A stretch of 64,000 nt of DNA from Bacteroidetes bacterium HGW-Bacteroidetes-17 (lineage in GTDB: Bacteria; Bacteroidota; Bacteroidia; Bacteroidales; GCA-2711565), in the NCBI GenBank assembly GCA_002840985.1, contig PHDM01000007.1, forward strand, positions 787-64,786, written 5' to 3'. A program made the position numbers and the translations under genes. Positions 10,024 through 19,346 of this stretch are shown here, piece after piece; positions within the stretch are counted from its first letter, which is position 1, and each line of letters opens with the position of its first letter. The notes below the pieces were generated by a model that did no database searches, had not been told where the DNA came from, and saw only the letters and a list, made by a program, of their open reading frames with translations.

Positions 10024-10773
10024 TCAAATATTATTTGTAATTTTTTTTAAATCTTCCGGTCGATCAATTGCAATGTTTTCAATAGTAGTTAATTTAGTTT
10101 TAATTTGATAGCCATTCTCAAGCCATCTTAATTGTTCCAGATTTTCAGATTTCTCTAAACTTGACTTTTTTAAACCTGTAATTTTTTGTAACACGTCAGT
10201 TCTAAATCCATATATCCCGATATGTTTATAATAAGAATGATGGCTTATCCAAAGTGCCTGATCCAGATCTCTCATAAATGGGATGGGTGAACGACTAAAG
10301 TACAATGCATCTCCTTTATGATTGATCACTGCTTTAACGACGTTCGGATTAAAAAGTTCGTTAGTTTGATCTATTTTTTTTACCAATGTTGAAATCTCAG
10401 TAGATGAATCTTCTTCAAAGCTTTCAATGATCATTTTGAGTTGTTCAGAATTGACAAATGGTTCATCGCCCTGGATGTTGATCGCAACATCAAAATATTG
10501 CTTCGCAGCTATTAATGATTGTAAAACCTCACTGCATCTGTCCGATCCGCTTTGGTGGTCCTTTCTGGTCATTACAACTTTACCGCCAAACTTCTCGACA
10601 CAATCAAAGATCCGCAGGTCGTCGGTAGCTACAACAAGTTCATTTAAAGAAACCGTTTTAGACGCATTTTCATAAACATGCTGTATCATTGGTTTACCGA
10701 ATATCATTGCCAATGGCTTGCCCGGAAACCTGCTGGACTCATAACGTGCTGGTATAATTCCAATGATTTTCAT
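10024..10773 (-). CDS. kdsB: 3-deoxy-manno-octulosonate cytidylyltransferase (CMP-KDO synthetase)
   Basis: 'IIGIIPARYESSRFPGKPL' and 'NIQGDEPF'. I prefer the ATG at 10773 over the GTG at 10797, which would overlap the upstream gene. Confidence 0.92.
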   Translation of the reverse strand: MKIIGIIPARYESSRFPGKPLAMIFGKPMIQHVYENASKTVSLNELVVATDDLRIFDCVEKFGGKVVMTRKDHQSGSDRCSEVLQSLIAAKQYFDVAINIQGDEPFVNSEQLKMIIESFEEDSSTEISTLVKKIDQTNELFNPNVVKAVINHKGDALYFSRSPIPFMRDLDQALWISHHSYYKHIGIYGFRTDVLQKITGLKKSSLEKSENLEQLRWLENGYQIKTKLTTIENIAIDRPEDLKKITNNI

Positions 10774-10780
10774 AGTGAGT

Positions 10781-11113
10781 TTAATAAAGTTTAGCACCTT
10801 CAGGTACTTCGGTTTCAGGAACTACTAAAATAGTGTTCCCGTTTTTATCCGGCACGCCTAATGTTAAAACCTCTGAAATTGTCGGACCTATTTGACGTGG
10901 AGGAAAATTAACTACAGCCATTACTATTTTCCCATGTAAATCTTCTTTACTATAGTTTTTTGTAAGTTGGGCGCTCGATTTTTTCAGGCCAATTTCTCCT
11001 CCAAAATCGATCACCAATTTATAGGATGGATTTTTAGCTTCAGGGAAATCGTAAACCTCGATTATTTTCCCGCTTCGTATATCAAGTTTATTAAAGCCTT
11101 CAATAGTAGCCAT
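10781..11113 (-). CDS. tRNA-binding (EMAP/CsaA-type OB-fold) protein
   Basis: 110 aa. 'LDIRSGKIIEV', 'SYKLVIDFG' and 'VVNFPPRQIG' are typical of CsaA/Trbp111-like proteins. Confidence 0.85.
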   Translation of the reverse strand: MATIEGFNKLDIRSGKIIEVYDFPEAKNPSYKLVIDFGGEIGLKKSSAQLTKNYSKEDLHGKIVMAVVNFPPRQIGPTISEVLTLGVPDKNGNTILVVPETEVPEGAKLY

Positions 11114-11122
11114 GAGTGTTGT

Positions 11123-11737
11123 TTAAAACAGTCCATGAATTTCTGCATTTATTTTTTCTATAACCATTCCTAAATCTTCAGGGACTGATTCAAAATCGAT
11201 ATCATCAACATCAATAATCAATAATTTACCTGATTCATATTTTGAAATCCAGCCTTCATATCTTTCGTTCAGGAGTTTTAAATAATCTAAACGAATCGAT
11301 TCCTCATATTCTCTCCCGCGTTTCTGAATTTGATTCACTAAATTCGGGACACTTGAACGTAGATAAATTAATAAATCAGGTGGTTGAATAAACGAACTCA
11401 TCAATTCGAATAAGGAACTGTAATTTTCAAAATCGCGTGTCGACATCAGGTTCATCGAATGCAAATTTGGCGCGAAAATATAAGCGTCTTCATAAATTGT
11501 ACGATCCTGAATTACTGTTTTGCCACTTTGCCTGATTTTAATCACTTGGCGGAAACGGCTATTCAGAAAGTATACTTGGAGGTTGAATGACCATCGTTGC
11601 ATATCTTCATAAAAACTGTTGAGGTAAGGGTTAGTGTCAACGTCTTCGTAATGAGCTTTCCACCCAAAATGTTTTGAAAGAAGTCGGGTTAGGGTTGTTT
11701 TCCCTGAACCGATATTTCCTGCAATAGCTATATGCAT
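11123..11737 (-). CDS. Deoxynucleoside kinase (dAK/dGK family), copy 1
   Basis: 204 aa. P-loop 'IAIAGNIGSGKTTL', 'DRTIYED' (DRS/ERS-type motif), and the 'RGREYE' lid. Confidence 0.88.
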   Translation of the reverse strand: MHIAIAGNIGSGKTTLTRLLSKHFGWKAHYEDVDTNPYLNSFYEDMQRWSFNLQVYFLNSRFRQVIKIRQSGKTVIQDRTIYEDAYIFAPNLHSMNLMSTRDFENYSSLFELMSSFIQPPDLLIYLRSSVPNLVNQIQKRGREYEESIRLDYLKLLNERYEGWISKYESGKLLIIDVDDIDFESVPEDLGMVIEKINAEIHGLF

Positions 11738-11795
11738 CTCTTTGTGATTTTAATTATGTACGAAGTTAAAAAAAACAGACAAACGGCAAACAATT

Positions 11796-13313
11796 TTAAA
11801 ATTTAAGATCCTCCAGAAGATCGTCAATATAAATCCGGTTATTTGATAAACGTGGAACTTTGTTTTGACCACCTAATTTTCCACGTTTCTTCAGCCATTT
11901 ATAAAAAGTTCCTTTTGGAACCATTCTTAAAATGGGTTTGTCCAAAATCATATCCTTAAATCTTTTTGCCTCATAATCGGAGTTAAGAGATTGTAATGCC
12001 TTATCGAGCGAGTTTGTAAAATCTTCAATGTTTTTTGGCAGGATCTCAAATTCAATCACCCACTCATGCGCTGCTCGTTTATCTCCATCAGCATAAACCG
12101 GAGCAGCTGTATATTCACTAATTAGCGCTTGATTGGTAAGACATGCTTCAGCGAGGGCAGTTTCAGCGTTATCGATTATTACTTCTTCACCCACCGCATT
12201 AATAAAACTTTTTGTTCGACCGGTAATTCGAATTCGAAAAGGGGACAAATTGGTAAATTCAATGGTATCGCCAATCATATAACGCCATAAACCTGCATTG
12301 GTCGAAATCAACATGGCATAATTGGTCTGCAATTTAACCTTGTCGAGCGGAAGTGGTTTTTTTTTCTCACTATCCACTTGATCAATTGGTAAAAATTCAT
12401 AAAATATACCATAATCGAGCATGAGCAATAATTCGTTAGAATCAAGCTGATCCTGGATCCCAAAAAACCCTTCTGACGCATTGTAAGTCTCAACAAAATG
12501 CATCTTTGGTGAGGGGATCAATTTTAAAAATTGTTTACGATAGGGTGCAAAATTCACACCTCCATGAAAGAAAACTTCCAAATCGGGCCATACTTCAGAA
12601 ATGTTTTCCTTACCCGAAATCTCTAAAATCCTTTTCAATAAAAGTAAGGTCCAGGATGGGACTCCCGAAAGACTGGTGAGACTGTACTCAATGCTTGTCT
12701 TGGCCATTTCTTCAATCTTGATCTCCCAATTATCCATCAAGGCAACACTTCTTTTTGGTACACGGATAAACTCGGCCCAAAAAGGCAAATTTTGAATAAT
12801 AATGGCAGATAAATCACCAGTATAATAGTCTTCATTATTTACTTCCTTTATGCGATGGCTTCCACTTAAAGCCAAGCCCCTTCCATCAAAAAAATTAGAT
12901 TCAGGATTATTGTTAAAATAGATAGCAAGCATGTCCTTTCCTCCTTTGTAATGACAATCCTCGAGCGATTCTTCACTAACCGGGATAAACTTGCTTTTAT
13001 CATTTGTAGTGCCCGAAGATTGGGCGAACCATCTTATTTCGGATGGCCACAACAAATTTTGCTCACCATTTCTCAAACGCTCAATATATGGTTTAAGTGA
13101 ATCGTAATCATTCACAGGAACGCGTTCGCAAAAATCGGCATAGGTTTTTATTGATTTAAAATCATATTTTAAACCCCATTCAGTGTCTTTGGCACCGTTG
13201 ATTAATTTCCTTAACCACTCTTCCTGCACTTCATGAGGATATTTTTTAAAGAGCTCAATTTGATGAATCCTCTTTTTTATGATCCAGGAAAGTACCGAAT
13301 TCAGAAGTGCCAT
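11796..13313 (-). CDS. GH3 (auxin-responsive promoter) family adenylate-forming protein
   Basis: 'FAQSSGTTNDKSKFIPV' nucleotide-binding motif, with length and N-terminus 'MALLNSVLSWIIKKRIHQIELF' typical of bacterial GH3 proteins. I prefer the ATG at 13313 over the TTG at 13352. Confidence 0.85.
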   Translation of the reverse strand: MALLNSVLSWIIKKRIHQIELFKKYPHEVQEEWLRKLINGAKDTEWGLKYDFKSIKTYADFCERVPVNDYDSLKPYIERLRNGEQNLLWPSEIRWFAQSSGTTNDKSKFIPVSEESLEDCHYKGGKDMLAIYFNNNPESNFFDGRGLALSGSHRIKEVNNEDYYTGDLSAIIIQNLPFWAEFIRVPKRSVALMDNWEIKIEEMAKTSIEYSLTSLSGVPSWTLLLLKRILEISGKENISEVWPDLEVFFHGGVNFAPYRKQFLKLIPSPKMHFVETYNASEGFFGIQDQLDSNELLLMLDYGIFYEFLPIDQVDSEKKKPLPLDKVKLQTNYAMLISTNAGLWRYMIGDTIEFTNLSPFRIRITGRTKSFINAVGEEVIIDNAETALAEACLTNQALISEYTAAPVYADGDKRAAHEWVIEFEILPKNIEDFTNSLDKALQSLNSDYEAKRFKDMILDKPILRMVPKGTFYKWLKKRGKLGGQNKVPRLSNNRIYIDDLLEDLKF

Positions 13314-13457
13314 AAGGGTAATTGAAAAATTGAATGTAAAATAATAACTCAAAGCTACAAAAATAGGCTGATTTTTCGAATAGTGAACTGAAAAAATAAA
13401 ACAGTTCAGCTATGCTAATTTCTTTAATTTTATAATTTCATTATTATTCGATAAGAT

Positions 13458-14273
13458 ATGATTGCTTTTCCAAATGCTAAAATAAATCTGGGTTTAAATG
13501 TATTAGATAAAAGAGCGGATGGATTTCATAATATTAATACCGTATTTTTTCCGGTGAATTTATGCGATATTTTGGAAATTATCAAAACCGAAGATACTAA
13601 GACCAGTTTTAGCTCAAGCGGGTTAAGGATTCCCGGCGATCCGGATACAAATTTATGTTTAAGCGCGTACCATTTAATTAAAAGTAAATACGGGTTGCCA
13701 AATGTTAAAATCCACCTTCATAAAATAATACCCATGGGCGCCGGTTTGGGTGGAGGTTCGTCGGATGCAGCTTTTACCTTGAAATTGCTGAATACTCTTT
13801 TTGATTTAAAAATTAACGAATCTGATTTATTGAAATTCGCTTCCATGCTTGGAGCTGATTGTGCTTTTTTTATTTTGAATGAACCCCTTGCTGCCTTCGA
13901 GCGAGGTGATCAATTCAAAAAAATGAATCTGGATTTGAGTGCATATCAATTTGTAATAATTGCCCCGGATATCCATGTTGATACCGCATTCGCTTATTCA
14001 AAGATTACTTCCAAAAAGGGAGAAGGACATGCTTCTGAAATTGTTAAGGGAAAACGAATGGAAGAGTGGAAATCCATTTTAGTCAATGATTTTGAGGGTC
14101 CCATTTTTAGTATTTATCCTGAACTTCAAAATATTAAATCGGCATTATACAAATTGGGAGCAACGTATGCATCGATGAGTGGGAGTGGCTCAGCTGTTTA
14201 TGCGATGTTTGAAAAACCAATTGATTTGTCAGCAAATTTCAAAGATTATTTTTATTGGTCATCAAAAATTTAA
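13458..14273 (+). CDS. ispE: 4-(cytidine 5'-diphospho)-2-C-methyl-D-erythritol kinase
   Basis: 271 aa. GHMP kinase motif 'PMGAGLGGGSSDAA' and N-terminal 'AKINLGLNVL'. Confidence 0.92.
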   Translation: MIAFPNAKINLGLNVLDKRADGFHNINTVFFPVNLCDILEIIKTEDTKTSFSSSGLRIPGDPDTNLCLSAYHLIKSKYGLPNVKIHLHKIIPMGAGLGGGSSDAAFTLKLLNTLFDLKINESDLLKFASMLGADCAFFILNEPLAAFERGDQFKKMNLDLSAYQFVIIAPDIHVDTAFAYSKITSKKGEGHASEIVKGKRMEEWKSILVNDFEGPIFSIYPELQNIKSALYKLGATYASMSGSGSAVYAMFEKPIDLSANFKDYFYWSSKI

Positions 14274-14283
14274 TTAAATAATT

Positions 14284-14400
14284 CCTCGTGGCTTGCCACG
14301 AGGTTCCATATATTCTCCCCTGAATTTCAGGGGAGATGTCAGTTGAATGACTGACAGAGGGGTGAAATAATAAAAATTCGGTTTTCAGTATTAAACTGAA
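14284..14400. other. Cluster of four consecutive hairpins (three GC-rich with perfect stems) in the ispE to sigma-factor spacer
   Basis: Stems are cctcgtgg/ccacgagg (14284-14303), tctcccctgaa/ttcaggggaga (14314-14336), gtcagt/actgac (14338-14355) and ttcagt/actgaa (14384-14400). Confidence 0.6.
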
Positions 14401-14514
14401 ATAAAGTTGGCGAAGTACTACTTGGTTCTGCCAAAGGGATAGTCAACAAGAATATTTTTTATTTCATTCCAACCTTTTATATTTTAATGCGTCTTTAATT
14501 AAAACGAATAGAAT

Positions 14515-15066
14515 TTGAAACCAACTCTTGAATTGAAAACTGAGTTAATTGATCAATGTATCCGCGGTGATTCACGTGCGCAATTCAGGCTTTACAAACT
14601 TTATTCGAAGGCGATGTATAATATTTGTACCCGAATGTTATCGAATTCGCATGATGCTGAGGATGTTTTACAGGAATCTTTTGTAAATGCATTCAGTAAA
14701 TTGAAAGATTTTAAAGGCGAATCAACATTCGGTGCATGGCTTAAACGGATTGTAATCAATAAATGCATCAGCCAATTACGTAAAAACAAGCTCAAACTTG
14801 TGGAAACAGGGAACGTTGATTTTGAAAAAACCGAACTTAATTTTGTTGCAGATTATTCGGCAATTAATCCCGAATATATCCATCACGCGATTAAAGAACT
14901 GCCCGAAGGATCCAGGGTAATATTTAATTTGTTTGCACTGGAAGGCTACAAACATAAGGAGATCAGTGAGCTGTTGGGTATATCCGAATCAACTTCAAAA
15001 ACACAATATTTTCGGGCTCGATCTATTTTAATGAACAAACTAAGTGTAACGGTGAATGGAAACTAA
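14515..15066 (+). CDS. ECF-type RNA polymerase sigma factor
   Basis: 183 aa with a TTG start. Region 2 'DAEDVLQESFVNAF...FGAWLKRIVINKCISQLRK' and region 4 'ALEGYKHKEISELLGISESTSKTQYFRAR'. Confidence 0.88.
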   Translation: MKPTLELKTELIDQCIRGDSRAQFRLYKLYSKAMYNICTRMLSNSHDAEDVLQESFVNAFSKLKDFKGESTFGAWLKRIVINKCISQLRKNKLKLVETGNVDFEKTELNFVADYSAINPEYIHHAIKELPEGSRVIFNLFALEGYKHKEISELLGISESTSKTQYFRARSILMNKLSVTVNGN

Positions 15067-15598
15067 TTTTGAAGATTACCTGAAAAACAAAAGAACATCA
15101 CTGGATGTAGAAACCCCGGACGATGACTTCATTTGGGCCGGTATCCAACGTGATCTTAAACCCCAAAAATCTTTCCGGTTTTTTAGCTGGAAAGCTGCAG
15201 CGATTATTTTACTGGCTTTAATGAGTGGTTATGTTTTGAATTCGGTTTTAAATCCAACGCCAAAAGTTGTGCAGTTTTCCCTGGCCGATATTTCACCTGA
15301 GTATGCTAAACAAGAACTGGTTTATCAGGCATCAATTCAGAAGAGGTGGGAACAGATTAAACAAACAGATTATAAGCCGGATGATTATGCAGACATCTTC
15401 AAAGAAATAGATCAACTTGAACTTCTGAAAGCCGAGAGCATTAAAGATTTTAAAGAACTCGGTGGTAATCCGCGAATGGTTAAAACATTATTTGAGTATT
15501 ACGAAATTAAAATTCGATTGCTCGAAATCATGTTAGCCGAAATTGAAAAAAAAGGAAATGATAAAACTAAAAACCAAAGAGATGAAAGATATTATTAA
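15056..15598 (+). CDS. Putative single-pass anti-sigma factor (assigned by position and topology only)
   Basis: 180 aa. Overlaps the sigma gene by 11 nt. One central TM segment 'AAAIILLALMSGYVL'. No recognisable ZAS motif. Confidence 0.45.
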   Translation: METNFEDYLKNKRTSLDVETPDDDFIWAGIQRDLKPQKSFRFFSWKAAAIILLALMSGYVLNSVLNPTPKVVQFSLADISPEYAKQELVYQASIQKRWEQIKQTDYKPDDYADIFKEIDQLELLKAESIKDFKELGGNPRMVKTLFEYYEIKIRLLEIMLAEIEKKGNDKTKNQRDERYY

Positions 15599-16946
15599 AA
15601 AAACAGGGTCATTATTCATCCTTACTTTTTTATTAAGTTTTGCTGTTGTTGCAAGTAATTATGAAAAAGCAGGGAAAATTGATAAAGAATTTGAAATCAA
15701 TCAGCATACCCGAATTGAATTTACCAATAAAAGCAGCGATTTACTAATTAGAAAATGGGATAAACAAGCTGTTCGATTGGAGTGTAATTATAAACTAAAG
15801 GCGAATGAGGAGGAAGATATTGCAAAGACTATCGAAGCCCTTGAGAATTTAAAAGTCGAAAATTCGGCTAATTTATTGGCTATTACGACAAGCATTTTTA
15901 CAAATGTTAAGTCAACCATTTTGCCTGGATTGATGAATAAAATTGTGGCCACCCTCTCAAACGGCACCAGTGTTAATTTGAGTGAATATGAAATTGAATA
16001 CGTGTTGACTTTGCCCGACAATCATGATTTTAAACTTTTTCAAAAATATTCGGATTTGAATATGCCTGATTACTCAGGTAACCTGGAACTCGATTTGTAT
16101 GATGTAGATGTAAGGGCAGGTCGCCTGGTAAATGCAAAAATGCTCACTTCGAAATACTCAAATATCATTGTAGGAGCCTTGGGCGATTGTGAAGTGGATA
16201 TTTATGACACGGATGTTGAAGTGGAAACGATGGGACTGTTGAATATGAAGTCGAAGTATTCGAAGTTTGAGGTAGATGTTGTTGGAGCAGTCAATATTGA
16301 TTCGTATGATGATAAGTTGTTTTTTTATTCGTTGGAATCAATAAAAGGGCAGGCTAAATATACTGACTTCGAGATAGGGAACATTAAATCAGGTGATCTT
16401 GATTTATACGATTGCGAGCTGAAGGCCAAAGATTGCGAAAAACTTAAGCTGGTTGGGAAATATTCAGGTATCGTTTTTAATAATATTGGCATTTTTGAAT
16501 TCCCTGATTGCTACGATAACAAAGTGGACGCAAAAACTGTTGGCGAATTTTCAACCATTTCAAAGTATACCGAATTTAATTTTGAACGGATAACAGGCAT
16601 GATTGATTTCGAAACTTATGATGACCGATTAACAGTTGGACAAGTTGATGAAGATTTTTATGCTATTAAAATTAATGGGAAGTATGCTAAAATTGATCTG
16701 GATATCGTGGGCAATCCAAAATTCTTCATTGATGTTGATTTTAAATATACAAGTCATGAGTTGCCTCCCGATCTTCTTTTTTCAAACATCGACACTAAAA
16801 GCAGTAAGTTTGTTGCTTCGGGCAGAACCGAAGGTTTAAAGAGTACTGATGAAGTAAAGGTAAACGAAGATAATAAGGGAATCAGAAAGGCAAATATTGG
16901 AAAGATTACCATTGAACAATACGATGGAACCTTAAAAATTAAATAA
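15558..16946 (+). CDS. Beta-strand-repeat protein (DUF4097/putative-adhesin-like) downstream of the sigma/anti-sigma pair
   Basis: N-terminal TM/signal segment 'LFILTFLLSFAVVAS'. At least 7 copies of a (S/G/A/Q)KY(S/T/A)xhxh motif. The start is uncertain (ATG at 15558 or 15582). Confidence 0.55.
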   Translation: MIKLKTKEMKDIIKKTGSLFILTFLLSFAVVASNYEKAGKIDKEFEINQHTRIEFTNKSSDLLIRKWDKQAVRLECNYKLKANEEEDIAKTIEALENLKVENSANLLAITTSIFTNVKSTILPGLMNKIVATLSNGTSVNLSEYEIEYVLTLPDNHDFKLFQKYSDLNMPDYSGNLELDLYDVDVRAGRLVNAKMLTSKYSNIIVGALGDCEVDIYDTDVEVETMGLLNMKSKYSKFEVDVVGAVNIDSYDDKLFFYSLESIKGQAKYTDFEIGNIKSGDLDLYDCELKAKDCEKLKLVGKYSGIVFNNIGIFEFPDCYDNKVDAKTVGEFSTISKYTEFNFERITGMIDFETYDDRLTVGQVDEDFYAIKINGKYAKIDLDIVGNPKFFIDVDFKYTSHELPPDLLFSNIDTKSSKFVASGRTEGLKSTDEVKVNEDNKGIRKANIGKITIEQYDGTLKIK

Positions 16947-16999
16947 CATCAGACTAACAAAATGATAAGGGCCGGATAATGAAAATTTGTCTGGCTCTT

Positions 17000-18076
17000 C
17001 TATTTTGGGGTTGTTTTTAAAATAAGGATCCCGATTATACCGAAAAAAATATTAGGAACCCAAGCCGCGTAAAGTGGCGATAAATTACCAAAGGTTGCAA
17101 AAACTGTTGAAATTTGCATGAATAAAATATATGCAAAAGCGATTCCAAGCCCCATGCCAAGATGCATCCCAATTCCGCCCCGTAATTTTCTGCTCGACAA
17201 GGAAACTCCAATAATGGTCATTACAATGGTTGCAAATGGGGATGACTGACGTTTCCCTTTTTCAACTTCATAGTACTTGACATTGTCCGAACCTTTCAGT
17301 TTCTCCTGCTTTATTCTTTCATTAAGTTCCCAATAATTCATGATCTCATAATCGTTCTTTTGATAGTAAAGATCAGATGGAGCCAGCGCTAAAGATGTAT
17401 CAAGGGTAACACCCTTCATTAATGATTCAGTTTCACCATTAATTTTGTGGATAAAATAATCTTCGAGATGCCAAACTAAGGTAGCTGTATCCCATTTTAT
17501 GCGTTCAGCACTCAGTTTATATTCTAATTTAAAATCTTTAAATCTTTCCAGGGTAAATTTAAAACCAATATTACTTCCGATACTATAGTTCTGAACATAT
17601 ACAAACTCACCCGGGCTGATTTGCAGGTGGATGTTCCGATCCTTTAACTTGTTCAGCTTCTCCATATACTTATCTTTAAACTCCCGCCTGTTTTCATTTG
17701 CAGGCGGAATTAAAAAATTAGATAAATAAAATGAAAGTATAGCAAGGAATACCGCAGAAATGAGATAAGGCCTGAGAAACCGATTGTAACTAATTCCACT
17801 ATTCAAAAAGGCAATAATTTCAGTATTTGATGCCAGTTTTGAAGTGAAAAAAATCACGGAGATGAAGGTGAAGAGATAAATAAAAAGATTGATAAAGTAA
17901 GGGATGAAATTTAAATAGTAATCGAAGATAATATTTTTGAGAGGGGCACTGTTTTCCAGGAAATCATCTATATTCTCGCTGACATCAAAAATAATGACAA
18001 CAATGATCAGCAAGCTTATTGCATAAAAAAACGTACCCAGAAATTTTTTAATAATATAATAATCGATTATTTTCAT
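17000..18076 (-). CDS. LptF/LptG (YjgP/YjgQ) family LPS export permease
   Basis: 358 aa. Family-typical N-terminus 'IIDYYIIKKFLGTFFYAISLL', six predicted TM segments, and a large periplasmic loop. Confidence 0.85.
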   Translation of the reverse strand: MKIIDYYIIKKFLGTFFYAISLLIIVVIIFDVSENIDDFLENSAPLKNIIFDYYLNFIPYFINLFIYLFTFISVIFFTSKLASNTEIIAFLNSGISYNRFLRPYLISAVFLAILSFYLSNFLIPPANENRREFKDKYMEKLNKLKDRNIHLQISPGEFVYVQNYSIGSNIGFKFTLERFKDFKLEYKLSAERIKWDTATLVWHLEDYFIHKINGETESLMKGVTLDTSLALAPSDLYYQKNDYEIMNYWELNERIKQEKLKGSDNVKYYEVEKGKRQSSPFATIVMTIIGVSLSSRKLRGGIGMHLGMGLGIAFAYILFMQISTVFATFGNLSPLYAAWVPNIFFGIIGILILKTTPK

Positions 18077-18142
18077 AAATTTTCTGAAAAGTCTGGTTGA
18101 GATTAATTATCTGAAGCAAAGATAGAAAACATAGTGCATTAA

Positions 18143-19273
18143 TCAGATCCTTGCAGAAAGCTTTTTTACCATCGTGTTTTTCCAGCTTGTAAAATCTCCG
18201 GTAAAAATATGAGTTCTGGCTTCTTTGACTAACCATAAATAAAATGCCAGATTGTGCAAGCTGGTTATCATTCCCCCTAAAATTTCATTGGCGGCGAATA
18301 AGTGCCTGACATATGCTTTGCTGTATTGATGATCAACATATGATTGGCCATTTTCATCCAGTACACCGAAATCATTTTTCCATTTTTCATTTTTAATATT
18401 AATGATTCCATCAGATGTATAAATAAGACCATGTCGGGCATTTCTTGTTGGCATCACACAATCAAACATATCGATTCCTAAGGCAATGCTTTCTAAAATA
18501 TTCTCAGGAGTACCCACTCCCATCAAATATCTGGGCTTATCTTTAGGCAAAATGTTACAAACTAACTCGGTCATTTCATACATCATTTCATGAGGCTCAC
18601 CAACGGATAATCCACCAATCGCATTTCCAATGGCATTTTTGGATGCAATAAATTCAGCAGATTCTACACGAAGATCCTTATAAACACTACCCTGTACGAT
18701 CGGGAAAAGCATTTGATCGTATCCATATTTAGCCCGTGTACGATCAAATTGTGCAATACAGCGGTCCAACCATTGATGTGTTATTTTTAATGAATTTTTT
18801 GCATAATCATATTCACAGGGATAAGGAGTGCATTCATCAAAAGCCATGATGATATCAGCTCCAATGGTTCGTTGAATATCCATCACATTTTCGGGTGTAA
18901 ACTCATGTTTCGACCCATCAATGTGCGAACGGAAAACTACGCCTTTTTCGGTCAATTTACGTGTGTTTGCCAAGGAATAAACCTGATATCCACCGCTATC
19001 TGTAAGTATTGGTTTGTCCCATCCGTTAAATTTGTGTAAACCACCGGCTTCTTCAATAATATTTAGCCCCGGACGCAAATAAAGGTGATAGGTATTGCCT
19101 AAAATGATTTGAGCTTTAGTATCAGTTAACAGATCGGGGATTTGAACAGCCTTTACAGCACCTACAGTTCCAACGGGCATAAATATGGGAGTTTCAATAT
19201 TACCATGGCCTGTAGCTAATGTACCGGTGCGTGCATTGGAGTTTTTATCAGTCGATTTTATGGAGAATTTCAT
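18143..19273 (-). CDS. tgt: Queuine tRNA-ribosyltransferase (tRNA-guanine transglycosylase)
   Basis: 376 aa. 'TPIFMPVGT', 'ILTDSGGYQV', 'FDCVMPTRNARHG'. Confidence 0.95.
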   Translation of the reverse strand: MKFSIKSTDKNSNARTGTLATGHGNIETPIFMPVGTVGAVKAVQIPDLLTDTKAQIILGNTYHLYLRPGLNIIEEAGGLHKFNGWDKPILTDSGGYQVYSLANTRKLTEKGVVFRSHIDGSKHEFTPENVMDIQRTIGADIIMAFDECTPYPCEYDYAKNSLKITHQWLDRCIAQFDRTRAKYGYDQMLFPIVQGSVYKDLRVESAEFIASKNAIGNAIGGLSVGEPHEMMYEMTELVCNILPKDKPRYLMGVGTPENILESIALGIDMFDCVMPTRNARHGLIYTSDGIINIKNEKWKNDFGVLDENGQSYVDHQYSKAYVRHLFAANEILGGMITSLHNLAFYLWLVKEARTHIFTGDFTSWKNTMVKKLSARI

Positions 19274-19346
19274 GTTTATAAAAAATTGCTCTAAGTTAAT
19301 TTTTATTACTGAAGATTGAATAATTTTACGTTCTAATTATTGTGAA

